Position numbers and translations under genes: made by a program. Positions 1 to 7,845 of a stretch of 64,000 nucleotides of DNA are shown here, in pieces. The stretch is taken from the IMG/VR virus record IMGVR_UViG_3300022752_000025, positions 32,001 to 96,000 of that record, one strand, 5' to 3'. The DNA comes from a virus. The first letter of the stretch is position 1. Each line of letters starts with the position of its first letter. The notes under the pieces were generated by a model, which made no database searches, was not told the origin of the DNA, and saw nothing but the letters and a program-made list of their open reading frames with translations.

Positions 1-2
1 GC

Positions 3-323
3 TCACTCAACATTCAAGCGGGAGACTTCATCCAAGTTTCCTACATCTCCAAGTGGAGAATCACAGGTGAACATACCGAGACTGAAATCTGGTATGCTGA
101 TGCTACTGAAAATGATCACTACTCAAACCTTCCGTTCATCAAAAAGATAATGTTTTGGAACTTGTCTGGTGGATACAATCTTCTCACCAGCGTTGGACAA
201 TACTTTGACATCCAAAAAGTCGAAGCAACTCCCGAACTTCTGGAAAGAGTTGAAACTACCAAGGGAATCTCTGCTGGAATCCACGAAGCGTATAATAGCG
301 GTGGACAATATAAAGGAGACTAA
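3..323 (+). CDS. Hypothetical protein, 5'-truncated by window edge
   Basis: Frame 3 open from window start to TAA 321-323 (SLNIQAGDFIQ...SGGQYKGD*); not in ORF track because it lacks a start. Confidence 0.75.
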   Translation, partial: SLNIQAGDFIQVSYISKWRITGEHTETEIWYADATENDHYSNLPFIKKIMFWNLSGGYNLLTSVGQYFDIQKVEATPELLERVETTKGISAGIHEAYNSGGQYKGD

Positions 324-324
324 T

Positions 325-528
325 ATGGACTTAACAAATAGCGTTCAAAGACTCAAAGAAGAAATCTACTACGGAAGCGAAGCTCTCCAAAGCTTAAGTC
401 GAGCACTTCAAATTGCTAAAGACAAAAAACTAAACCGCAACTATTCAATCCCTGACCATATGTGGCCTGATATAGAAGCGGAGATTGAAGAAGAAGCAAG
501 CGAATGGGCAGTTGATTACCAAGGGTGA
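325..528 (+). CDS. Hypothetical protein (start corrected from 169)
   Basis: ATG 325 directly after upstream stop, preceded by AAGGAG. Confidence 0.75.
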   Translation: MDLTNSVQRLKEEIYYGSEALQSLSRALQIAKDKKLNRNYSIPDHMWPDIEAEIEEEASEWAVDYQG

Positions 529-836
529 AAAACTTTCTCGCCTCTTTTCGGGCGACTCTCACCAAAAAGAAGGGTTGGTGGGAGCAAACTTTTCTTTTCT
601 GGCGTGTGCTTGCTGGCTTGCGTTTTTGTGAAGAAATGATAGACTTAATAAATTACAAAACAAAAAACAAAATAAAATATACTAAAATGAAAACATTCTT
701 ACGCCGTCATATCTTGCAACTCTCAAAAATTTTCTATTCTCTCGCTGTTAAAAATGGCGAAAGAAAAAATTACAAACTCGAAAAATTTTTCTACTATCCT
801 TCTGCGTTTTTGCTTGAACTAAAAGATCTCGTATAA
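525..836 (+). CDS. Hypothetical protein (true start may be internal)
   Basis: ORF track; TAA 834-836 forms the start of repeat element 1. Confidence 0.5.
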   Translation: MKNFLASFRATLTKKKGWWEQTFLFWRVLAGLRFCEEMIDLINYKTKNKIKYTKMKTFLRRHILQLSKIFYSLAVKNGERKNYKLEKFFYYPSAFLLELKDLV

Positions 837-906
837 GTCTTTAACTATCAACGACTTACACGCGCAGGGAGGGCCCGCGCGCAAATCGTTGACTATCAAC
901 AACTTA
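834..906 (+). repeat. 73-bp double-palindrome element, copy 1
   Basis: taagtctttaactatcaacgactta + 23-bp cacgcgcagggagggcccgcgcg + caaatcgttgactatcaacaactta. Confidence 0.95.
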
Positions 907-913
907 CAAAAGC

Positions 914-941
914 TTGACAAAAATAAAAAATCTGATATCCT
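914..941 (+). promoter_or_regulatory. Sigma70-type promoter, leaderless architecture
   Basis: TTGACA-N16-TATCCT with TG extension, ATG 7 nt downstream. Confidence 0.7.
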
Positions 942-948
942 TTTTTTT

Positions 949-1311
949 ATGCAAAACAAAACAAGAATCTTCTCTGAACCTTTTGGCCCTAACCTCGCCT
1001 ATTTGATTGAGGCTGATTTCCTATCTGCTGAAAGATTTTATAATGCTATTTATAATTTCGGTGGAACGAATTACAAATTACAAGATCGTGGAAGTGGTAA
1101 AGCATTTTACTTTTATGCAGAACCAGCGAAGTTTCGCAGAGCATTGTCTCTTGCTCTCTCAAGCAATCTTGAATCTTCATTTGGTGATGGCGACTGGGAA
1201 CCTCATGGAGAAGCCCTAGCAGATCAAATCATTTCAGAAATAAAACCAGCAACTTTTGTAAGGCGTTGTCATTCAATAGAATATTCTTATAGAAAATCTT
1301 TGACAGAATAG
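949..1311 (+). CDS. Hypothetical protein, paralog of 6283..6669 (start corrected from 889)
   Basis: ERFYNAIYNFGGTNYKLQ motif shared with paralog; ATG 949 follows promoter. Confidence 0.75.
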   Translation: MQNKTRIFSEPFGPNLAYLIEADFLSAERFYNAIYNFGGTNYKLQDRGSGKAFYFYAEPAKFRRALSLALSSNLESSFGDGDWEPHGEALADQIISEIKPATFVRRCHSIEYSYRKSLTE

Positions 1312-1327
1312 TAATCTGTGATACATT
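1300..1327 (+). promoter_or_regulatory. Sigma70-type promoter, leaderless architecture
   Basis: TTGACA-N16-TACATT-N6-ATG(1334). Confidence 0.75.
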
Positions 1328-1333
1328 ACAAGT

Positions 1334-1573
1334 ATGACAAACGACATCAACTACCTCGCCTCTATAACCACAGCCGAAGCCTTTGCTGATGCGGAAGCAT
1401 TCTTCGACTACATCAACTCCGCTGATGCCATCAACGATATGCTTGATCGGATGGCTCCTACCTACGACGAGCAGGATACGGAAGTAGTGCATTTTAACAA
1501 GCCTGCTACTTTCTGCGGGATGCCTTTTATCACTTTTCGTCTTACCTGTCAGAATGGAATGGAGGTTAAATAA
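1334..1573 (+). CDS. Hypothetical protein
   Basis: ORF with own promoter. Confidence 0.75.
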   Translation: MTNDINYLASITTAEAFADAEAFFDYINSADAINDMLDRMAPTYDEQDTEVVHFNKPATFCGMPFITFRLTCQNGMEVK

Positions 1574-1574
1574 T

Positions 1575-1859
1575 ATGGCATACGACTACAAAGCCTCTCT
1601 CAAGGAGTGGATGAGCCAGCACATGCTGACTCCGCTGGATGTGCGTGACATCCTCAGCGAAATTCGTAAGGATCGCGAGGAGGGGCGCGTCCTAGAATCT
1701 TCTCAATCTAACCTCTCTGATGTAGACGAATCGATGGATGGTGACTTCGATTCTGCTATGGCCTCTGCTGGTCATGGAACCGATGAGGACTATGGTGGCG
1801 GATGCTACCAGATGGAAGACTTCGGTTGGGCTGGTGATCCAGAAATTTGTGGAGAATAA
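1575..1859 (+). CDS. Acidic phage protein with MDGDxxSAxASAGxGTDEDYG motif
   Basis: GGAGG upstream of ATG 1575; motif recalled from uncharacterised phage proteins. Confidence 0.75.
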   Translation: MAYDYKASLKEWMSQHMLTPLDVRDILSEIRKDREEGRVLESSQSNLSDVDESMDGDFDSAMASAGHGTDEDYGGGCYQMEDFGWAGDPEICGE

Positions 1860-1860
1860 T

Positions 1861-1974
1861 ATGGAAAAATATATGCTTGCAATTGCAGGGCTTGGAATTT
1901 TTTTCCTTGCTCTTGCCATATTAGAAACCCTTATCAATTTTGCTGTATGGTTTTGGAATCATAAGCGCAAGTAG
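1861..1974 (+). CDS. Small single-TM protein
   Basis: MEKYMLAIAGLGIFFLALAILETLINFAVWFWNHKRK; stop inside repeat copy 2. Confidence 0.6.
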   Translation: MEKYMLAIAGLGIFFLALAILETLINFAVWFWNHKRK

Positions 1975-2040
1975 TTAACTATCAACGACTTACGCGCGCA
2001 GGGTCCCTGCCCTCGTAAGTGCTTGATAATCAAATACTTA
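1968..2040 (+). repeat. 73-bp double-palindrome element, copy 2
   Basis: caagtagttaactatcaacgactta + 23-bp cgcgcgcagggtccctgccctcg + taagtgcttgataatcaaatactta. Confidence 0.95.
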
Positions 2041-2256
2041 CAACGATGCCCATTCTCTAAAATCTTCTCGCAATTCTTTTTCGTAACTTACAAAATCTTT
2101 TTTTGCATCAAGTGGAGGATTATCTCCATCGCTCCATGGATAAAAAGTTTCTAAATTTTCGTTTAATAATTTTTCGATATTCATTTTAAGCTCTCCTTAA
2201 TCATTACAAAAAATACAAAGGTAACAATCAATAAGAATAAAGTCATATGTTGCATC

Positions 2257-2892
2257 TTAATGTTTTTTGTAGTTAATTGCAAACTCATTTTTATGCCAAC
2301 ACGCACGGCACGAACCGCACTTGTTACCTTGTTTCGATGAGGGACAATTAAACTCTCCCTTTGTGCTTGCACCACTAACGCAGAGGCCAAGGCGTTCTGC
2401 TAATCCAACAGGTGCGGGGCCATTCATCATAAGAGCAGATAAGCGGATAGTAAGATTGAAAGGAACTTCACCGCCCTTTGCTATATACTCTGAAACGAAA
2501 GAGTATTCCCTAGTTGGCAACCAAAAAGAAATATGCGGAAGATTCTTTGCAATCTTTACAATTTTTTCAAGATGCCATACGCCTTGCAAATCTCCCGAAT
2601 CGTGCCAACGGAAGTGCGGATTGTTTGTCTTACCGATAAGATAAGTCATAGCATCCACCCAAAGATCGTGAGTAAGAGAAGCAAAACGCTTTTCCATCGC
2701 TGCTTGAACATTGGGGAAAACATAACGCCCTTTAAGAGCATAACAAAAAGCACAAATGCTTCCCGCAATACTACGCATTTTTTGTCCAATAATGCAACGC
2801 TTGGCTGGCGTGGAATAAGCATAACCTGGCATCTTCGAGGGTTTGGATAGTGTTCCAACTATCGCTTCGGCTTGTTTTTTGTTTTTGAACAT
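2257..2892 (-). CDS. Phage Gp88-like protein (Cys-rich, radical-SAM-like)
   Basis: CAFCYA, FRWHDSGD, FWLPTRE and C-terminal C..CxxCxxC motifs typical of the GP88 family. Confidence 0.8.
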   Translation of the reverse strand: MFKNKKQAEAIVGTLSKPSKMPGYAYSTPAKRCIIGQKMRSIAGSICAFCYALKGRYVFPNVQAAMEKRFASLTHDLWVDAMTYLIGKTNNPHFRWHDSGDLQGVWHLEKIVKIAKNLPHISFWLPTREYSFVSEYIAKGGEVPFNLTIRLSALMMNGPAPVGLAERLGLCVSGASTKGEFNCPSSKQGNKCGSCRACWHKNEFAINYKKH

Positions 2893-2942
2893 AAAATAAA
2901 TGTATCACTTTTTTTTCTTGTGACAAGTTTTTTTTATAGTTA

Positions 2943-3015
2943 AATCTCGTTGAGTATCAATGAGTTACAACTGCAGGGAGGTGGCTTGCCTAAGTTGTTG
3001 ATACTTAAGCGGTTA
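2943..3015 (+). repeat. 73-bp double-palindrome element, copy 3
   Basis: aatctcgttgagtatcaatgagtta + 23-bp caactgcagggaggtggcttgcc + taagttgttgatacttaagcggtta. Confidence 0.9.
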
Positions 3016-3844
3016 CAGCTTCTTCTTCTGGAATCTCTTCGGTTTCTTTTTTACCCAAAAAAGCGTCAAATCTTTTTTGTGCTTTGCTAGAAGCTGAAAT
3101 AATAAAGTTCATATCCTTTTTTAATACTTGGAGCCAACTCGAAAGATAGCTCGCAGAATTATTGAAACATTTTTCAGAATTAATCCCGCAGAAGTTAAGA
3201 CAAAGACTCGCAAAAATCTCTGCGGTCAATTCTTCTTTGCTATAATTCTGTGAACCAAATCCATTCTTCACATCGTCATTGGTTGCCTTGTGCATAGCGT
3301 GACCAATCTCATGAAATGCTGTGGAATAATACTCTTCGACGCTGTTAAAGTTTTCTTTTGGAGGAAGATCAATCTTATGTTCCTGCGGATAATAGCAAGC
3401 ACGACTGCCACCATACTTAATCTTAATGATACACTTGTTGATCAACTTTTCTGCTTCTTCTACTGGCGAAAACTCCAGTTTCTTAACTTCAGGTTGTTTC
3501 CACTTCAGTCCTTCGATATCACTTAAACCAAAGACTCTGTAGTAACGCATCATAGGAAAACTTTTGGTTTCATTATCTTTTTCTGTCTTGAGTAGTTTGT
3601 AATAAACTACCATGTGAGACTTTGCACCAGCTTTGATCTTTCCACCAAGTTCTTTGATCTGATTAAAGGTAAAGAAAAAATCATCAGAAGAAAGCATCCG
3701 AAGCAAAAATTGATTGATGCCACGATAGTTCTTTTTCGACACGCCGTTGCAGAGGTCAAAAACTTTCCAAGGTTTCTGCCAAGGGCACACGCCTTTGTTG
3801 AGAGCTTCGATGAATTTTTCTGTGATGATTTCGTTTACTTTCAT
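3005..3844 (-). CDS. ardC: ArdC-like antirestriction protein (ssDNA-binding + zincin domain)
   Basis: PWQKPW, YRGIN, YYSTAFHEIGH, YSKEELTAE, SASYLSSW motifs. Confidence 0.9.
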   Translation of the reverse strand: MKVNEIITEKFIEALNKGVCPWQKPWKVFDLCNGVSKKNYRGINQFLLRMLSSDDFFFTFNQIKELGGKIKAGAKSHMVVYYKLLKTEKDNETKSFPMMRYYRVFGLSDIEGLKWKQPEVKKLEFSPVEEAEKLINKCIIKIKYGGSRACYYPQEHKIDLPPKENFNSVEEYYSTAFHEIGHAMHKATNDDVKNGFGSQNYSKEELTAEIFASLCLNFCGINSEKCFNNSASYLSSWLQVLKKDMNFIISASSKAQKRFDAFLGKKETEEIPEEEAVTA

Positions 3845-3884
3845 AGCTTAAATATATCAGCTTTTTGTTTTTTGTCTACAAAAG

Positions 3885-3957
3885 AATCTCATTCACCATC
3901 AACGACTTACAGCGCAAGGGAGGTCACCTTCATAAGTCATTAATAATCAATGAAATA
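3885..3957 (+). repeat. 73-bp double-palindrome element, copy 4
   Basis: aatctcattcaccatcaacgactta + 23-bp cagcgcaagggaggtcaccttca + taagtcattaataatcaatgaaata. Confidence 0.9.
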
Positions 3958-4012
3958 AAATTGTTGACTAAAAATAAAAATATGATAATCTATAGAAAGA
4001 AAGGAGGCAAAT

Positions 4013-4147
4013 ATGATGGATATATTCGATGACCAAAAAACATTAAACATCTGGGCAAAAGAAATGTGGGACGATCAAGCTATGGAACGAGCCTTAGAAA
4101 CTCAAGCAGAGCTTGATGCTGACCATGCTCGTGATATGGGAGAGTAA
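4013..4147 (+). CDS. Small acidic hypothetical protein (44 aa), alone between repeat copies 4 and 5
   Basis: TTGACT..GATAAT promoter, AAGGAGG SD, MMDIFDDQKTLNIWAKEMWDDQ...GE*. Confidence 0.75.
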   Translation: MMDIFDDQKTLNIWAKEMWDDQAMERALETQAELDADHARDMGE

Positions 4148-4220
4148 TAACTCTCTCATTATCAACAACTTACAAGGGCAGGGAGCTCGCCGCTGTAAAT
4201 CTTTGATACTTAATTACTTA
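4148..4220 (+). repeat. 73-bp double-palindrome element, copy 5
   Basis: taactctctcattatcaacaactta + 23-bp caagggcagggagctcgccgctg + taaatctttgatacttaattactta. Confidence 0.9.
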
Positions 4221-4237
4221 TAACTATTATAAATATC

Positions 4238-4309
4238 TAGGGCTAAACGGATTCGAACCGATATACCCTCATTGAAAGCGAGGAGTCCTAACCATTAGAC
4301 GATAGCCCC
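4238..4309 (-). tRNA. tRNA-Glu(TTC)
   Basis: Cloverleaf GGGGCTA..TAGCCCT, anticodon loop CT-TTC-AA, GTTCGAATC T-loop. Confidence 0.9.
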
Positions 4310-4393
4310 AATATGTAGTATTATTATATTTGTTATTTATCTATTTTGCAAATATTATTTGCTATTTAGTGTAATCTAATTTAGAATTTAGAG

Positions 4394-4576
4394 ATGAACT
4401 CAAAAGTAAGTGGTATATTAGAAAATTCTGCATTGTATAAAGAATTTCTTCGTGAACGAGAAGAGATATTAAAACACAAATGGATTGAAAGTGAAAAAGC
4501 TGGGCGTGATGTAGGATTTGAATGGGCTCTTCTTGATTGGAATTTCAATCACAGAAATAACTGGCGTAATAAATAA
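4394..4576 (+). CDS. DUF4032-like small protein
   Basis: EREEILKHKWIESEKAGRDVGFEWALLDW motif; GTGTAAT motif upstream. Confidence 0.7.
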   Translation: MNSKVSGILENSALYKEFLREREEILKHKWIESEKAGRDVGFEWALLDWNFNHRNNWRNK

Positions 4577-4577
4577 A

Positions 4578-4829
4578 TTAAACTTTTCTCTCAACAATAG
4601 ATATTCTATTAAGATAATATTTTAGAGACTCATAAGGAAATCTAGTCGTTTGAGAAGCTATTTCCTTAATCATCCTATCTATAATATTGGGTCTAACAAA
4701 GATCCTTGATTTATTCTGAACAAAGATAGTTAGCGGAAAATTATCAAGATTATATCCAAATCTTTGTTTTCTTCCACGAATATTGCAATAAAAAGTAACT
4801 CTTAAATTCTTATATGAAACATCTTTCAT
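4578..4829 (-). CDS. Hypothetical protein
   Basis: TTGACA-N16-TATATT-N6-ATG at 4836-4863. Confidence 0.75.
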   Translation of the reverse strand: MKDVSYKNLRVTFYCNIRGRKQRFGYNLDNFPLTIFVQNKSRIFVRPNIIDRMIKEIASQTTRFPYESLKYYLNRISIVERKV

Positions 4830-4870
4830 TTATGTAATATACTATTAATTGAAATTATGTCAATAAAATT

Positions 4871-5002
4871 TAGTTCTTCCGCTCTCTTTATTCTAGAACT
4901 AAAGAGAATATATTCCCACCTTTAATTGCCTCAGACTCTGGGCATTGGGGCTTCAATGGCTCTTATGGAGGAAGTCATCCTCACTCATTGCGGAAAGAAC
5001 TA
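4871..5002. ncRNA. Putative structured ncRNA, multi-branch junction (probably minus strand)
   Basis: Ends pair (tagttcttccgc / gcggaaagaacta) and enclose three further hairpins; intergenic. Confidence 0.55.
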
Positions 5003-5026
5003 TCTAAATCTTATCAGAGTTTAATT

Positions 5027-5260
5027 TTATTGCAAGACTTTTTCTAAACTATCTGATTTTGGCCAAAGAGAACAAATGACTTTATCTAAAAGCATTTCAT
5101 CGTGTATCTCTTTCCAGTTTAGGTCATAGATCCCCTCGTCAATAACTGCACCAGTACTATCAGTAGTACAAGTATAATTAAGTTTTTTTCCTTTATATTT
5201 GAATGTATGGAAAGTTCGAGTTTGAATATCAATTTCTTCTTTTACTTTGGTTACTTTCAT
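5027..5260 (-). CDS. Hypothetical protein
   Basis: TTGACA-N16-TATACT-N6-ATG at 5267-5294. Confidence 0.75.
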   Translation of the reverse strand: MKVTKVKEEIDIQTRTFHTFKYKGKKLNYTCTTDSTGAVIDEGIYDLNWKEIHDEMLLDKVICSLWPKSDSLEKVLQ

Positions 5261-5296
5261 ATTATCAGTATACCTTTGATTGTTTTAATGTCAAAT

Positions 5297-5328
5297 AAAA
5301 AAGGCGAGGATTTTACTCCTCGCCCTTT
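5297..5328 (-). terminator. Intrinsic terminator
   Basis: ggcgagga/tcctcgcc hairpin followed by U-tract on minus strand. Confidence 0.75.
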
Positions 5329-5348
5329 CTATGATTGTCTTTCTGTTC

Positions 5349-5609
5349 TTAAACTGGCGAAAGACCACCAGAGATCCGATCATAACGGAACTGACGATGT
5401 CCGAATCCGTCACGACCAGAAAAGCACCAAGAAATGAAAAGTTTGTTTCCAGCCTTGGAAATGTAATGAGTGGTAGGAACGCCAACGATGTAAGTATAAG
5501 CCTCGGTTCCATTGTAAGGTTTATAGTTGATGATATACCGCTGTCCCAGCACGAACCAGAACAGACCCTTAATCATCTCCCACAGGGTGATGTTGTTTTG
5601 TTTCTTCAT
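5349..5609 (-). CDS. Hypothetical protein
   Basis: ORF between repeat copy 6 and terminator; C-terminal RQFRYDRI resembles a WYL-like motif. Confidence 0.7.
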   Translation of the reverse strand: MKKQNNITLWEMIKGLFWFVLGQRYIINYKPYNGTEAYTYIVGVPTTHYISKAGNKLFISWCFSGRDGFGHRQFRYDRISGGLSPV

Positions 5610-5649
5610 TTAATAATCATACCATAACTTCATTTTTCTGCAAGAAATA

Positions 5650-5722
5650 AATCTCATTGATTATCAACGACTTACGCGGCAAAAGTCCCTGCCGTTTTAA
5701 CTACTTAATAATTAAAGACTTA
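5650..5722 (+). repeat. 73-bp double-palindrome element, copy 6
   Basis: aatctcattgattatcaacgactta + 23-bp cgcggcaaaagtccctgccgttt + taactacttaataattaaagactta. Confidence 0.9.
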
Positions 5723-6124
5723 CAGAGGTTAATTTATTCTTCTGTTTCTTTCCAATTTGGATGCGCTTTGGCCCACTTTACAAAAACAACTTCAAGATTT
5801 TCCAAGTATTTATCTATCTGTGCAATAAGTTTAGGATCTTCACCTTGCAGAACTCTTTTTTCTAAGATTTTGCTGATCCTATTTTCATGTTTCATATATA
5901 CTATTTTACAGTAGCGTTATAAATATTTCAATATTTTATTTTATCCTGTAAGATTTAAAGAAAAAATTATTTTAGATGTGTAATTACTATTTTAATTAAT
6001 TGTTCTAATGCGCCCCAAAAAATAGAAAAGCCAATAGCAGAAGCAATAATGAATGGGGCGTTTCTATCAAAAAAATTTCTCACATAAAAACTTTACAGCG
6101 AGAAAAAACTTTTGGGAAAATTCT

Positions 6125-6198
6125 CGCTTTCAGCAGGGATCGAACCTGCAACCTACGGATTAGAAATCCGTTGCTCTATCCAATTGAGCTATGAAAGC
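6125..6198 (-). tRNA. tRNA-Arg(TCT)
   Basis: GCTTTCA..TGAAAGC acceptor, loop TT-TCT-AA. Confidence 0.92.
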
Positions 6199-6200
6199 GA

Positions 6201-6276
6201 TGGTCGCCTAGGTCGGACTCGAACCGACACTTGAACGATTTTAAGTCGTTTGCCTCTGCCATTGGGCTACTAGGCG
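6201..6276 (-). tRNA. tRNA-Leu(TAA), short variable region, CCA encoded
   Basis: CGCCTAG..CTAGGCG-ACCA, loop CT-TAA-AA, 5-nt variable loop. Confidence 0.88.
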
Positions 6277-6282
6277 GATCTT

Positions 6283-6669
6283 TTAGCTATCGTTGTCTAA
6301 CTTTTCAGCAGAGACTTGACCGATAGAATAAAAATCTTGAACTTGTGCAGTTTTAACAAAACTTTCAACAGGAATATTTTTAATCGTATTCGAGACACGA
6401 TTCAGAACAACCTGTTTCAGACCACCTTTAGCACCACGAAACTTCTTTCCAAGTTTGTCACTCATACTATTCATAACATACTTAAACATCACACGCTCTA
6501 ATTTTTCAAGAGTGATCCAAAAATATGCAAAGGATTCACTCATCCATTGAAGTTCGCCATTTGTTCCACCCCAATTATAAATTCGATTGTGAAACTGCTC
6601 AATTTCATCTTTCTTTCCTTTGATACCAATAACCCAATGTGCTCCAAGATTTTGTTTAACGAGTTGCAT
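6283..6669 (-). CDS. Hypothetical protein, paralog of 949..1311
   Basis: EQFHNRIYNWGGTNGELQ; AAGGAG upstream of MQLVKQ start. Confidence 0.75.
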   Translation of the reverse strand: MQLVKQNLGAHWVIGIKGKKDEIEQFHNRIYNWGGTNGELQWMSESFAYFWITLEKLERVMFKYVMNSMSDKLGKKFRGAKGGLKQVVLNRVSNTIKNIPVESFVKTAQVQDFYSIGQVSAEKLDNDS

Positions 6670-6862
6670 TTTGTTTTTCTCCTTTTTGTTTGAAATATAA
6701 ATCAATATCTTCTTGTGTCAAGTCTGTATGTTTAGCGTATGAGTTCAGCATCCAATGTAGTGTTGGAGCTACAAGCCAGCTATACTTAATAAGGTCATAG
6801 GTTTCTTTCATTGTTTTTAGTTTAACAGGATTTGTTTTTTTGTCAAGGGTTTTCTTAATTTT

Positions 6863-6934
6863 TGGATCGCGTAGGACTCGAACCTACAACCAATTGGTTA
6901 AAAGCCAACTGCTCTACCATTGAGCTAGCGATCC
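6863..6934 (-). tRNA. tRNA-Lys(TTT)
   Basis: GGATCGC..GCGATCC, loop CT-TTT-AA. Confidence 0.92.
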
Positions 6935-6941
6935 GAAATTT

Positions 6942-7014
6942 TGGGCCTGATAGGATTCGAACCTATAACCAAAGCATTATGAGTGCTCTGCTCTAACCGT
7001 TGAGCTACAAGCCC
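6942..7014 (-). tRNA. tRNA(CAT), probably Ile2 (lysidine type) rather than Met
   Basis: GGGCTTG..CAGGCCC-A, loop CT-CAT-AA; Ile-like body, paired 1:72. Confidence 0.85.
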
Positions 7015-7020
7015 ATCTTT

Positions 7021-7227
7021 TTAGGAAGCTACTACCTTCGCTGGAAAACTAGAAGGCTTTGGAACTTGCACAAACTCGACAGCAAAAGCCTCGGCAATGT
7101 TCTGCAACTCTTTCAGAGAGCAAGTCTCTTTTGGAGTGCACATACGAATTGAAGTGTTTAAGATGACGGCTCGATCTTGACCGAACACATTCATCACATA
7201 GAATGGAACTGATTGGTTGTTTGTCAT
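7021..7227 (-). CDS. Hypothetical protein
   Basis: Start at MTNNQ just below a TTGACT..TATATT promoter. Confidence 0.7.
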   Translation of the reverse strand: MTNNQSVPFYVMNVFGQDRAVILNTSIRMCTPKETCSLKELQNIAEAFAVEFVQVPKPSSFPAKVVAS

Positions 7228-7267
7228 AGGTTTAATATACAACAGTTTGATAAATAGTCAACAAAAA

Positions 7268-7292
7268 TAATTGGTTGAATATCAATAATTTA
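7268..7292. repeat. Solitary 25-bp palindromic box related to the 73-bp element
   Basis: taattggttgaatatcaataattta. Confidence 0.55.
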
Positions 7293-7305
7293 CATATAAT
7301 AAGAT

Positions 7306-7399
7306 TGGTACGAGGGGAAGGATTCGAACCTTCATTTTGCCCAAATCTAGAGCGACCAGAGTATAAGTCTGGGGTCTTAACCAGTTAGACGACCCTCGC
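7306..7399 (-). tRNA. tRNA-Ile(TAT) with long variable arm, CCA encoded
   Basis: GCGAGGG..CCCTCGT-ACCA, loop CT-TAT-AC, 22-nt variable region, GTTCGAATC. Confidence 0.88.
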
Positions 7400-7431
7400 A
7401 TTACCAGCCGTAGCTAGTATCGGCCTCCGCT

Positions 7432-7611
7432 TTAGGCTTTCTTTTCGGATTTCTCCGAGCCAATCTTTTTAATGATAACTTTCGTGCCGTCAGGCCAAGT
7501 GCGGATAATCTTACGCCAATGCTCTGCTTCATGCTCTGCTTCGGCAAGATCAGTATGCATATCCTCGCTGACACGAATACCATCACGCAAAACGATATAC
7601 TTTACATTCAT
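7432..7611 (-). CDS. Hypothetical protein (59 aa, below ORF-track cutoff)
   Basis: MNVKYIVLRDGIRVSEDMH...WPDGTKVII...KKA*, ATGA overlap with upstream gene. Confidence 0.7.
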   Translation of the reverse strand: MNVKYIVLRDGIRVSEDMHTDLAEAEHEAEHWRKIIRTWPDGTKVIIKKIGSEKSEKKA

Positions 7612-7838
7612 TCTTCTACCTCTGCGATAATTTCATTGTCAAATAGTGAGCCACCATCTACCTTGTCGCAGATTACGATGTCATTACTGCCATCATCACC
7701 AGCATACACGGCACGAAGTTTTTTTACTTGACTATACTCTTTTTTCGTCCATTGACTCTCTGGAACGCCGAGGACTTGCAGAGCCTCAACTCTCTCTGGA
7801 GGAATTGCCTCACCACTTACTGCACAATGATAGGTCAT
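7608..7838 (-). CDS. Degenerate DksA/TraR zinc-finger-like protein
   Basis: HCAVSGEAIPPERVEAL resembles CxxCGExIPxxRLxA. Confidence 0.55.
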   Translation of the reverse strand: MTYHCAVSGEAIPPERVEALQVLGVPESQWTKKEYSQVKKLRAVYAGDDGSNDIVICDKVDGGSLFDNEIIAEVEE

Positions 7839-7845
7839 AGTTTTA

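Noticed and set aside
6242-6250. TAAGTCGTT in the tRNA-Leu anticodon arm matches the repeat box arm
   Set aside because: A 9-bp match is explainable by chance and tRNA constraints; no second arm at the right spacing
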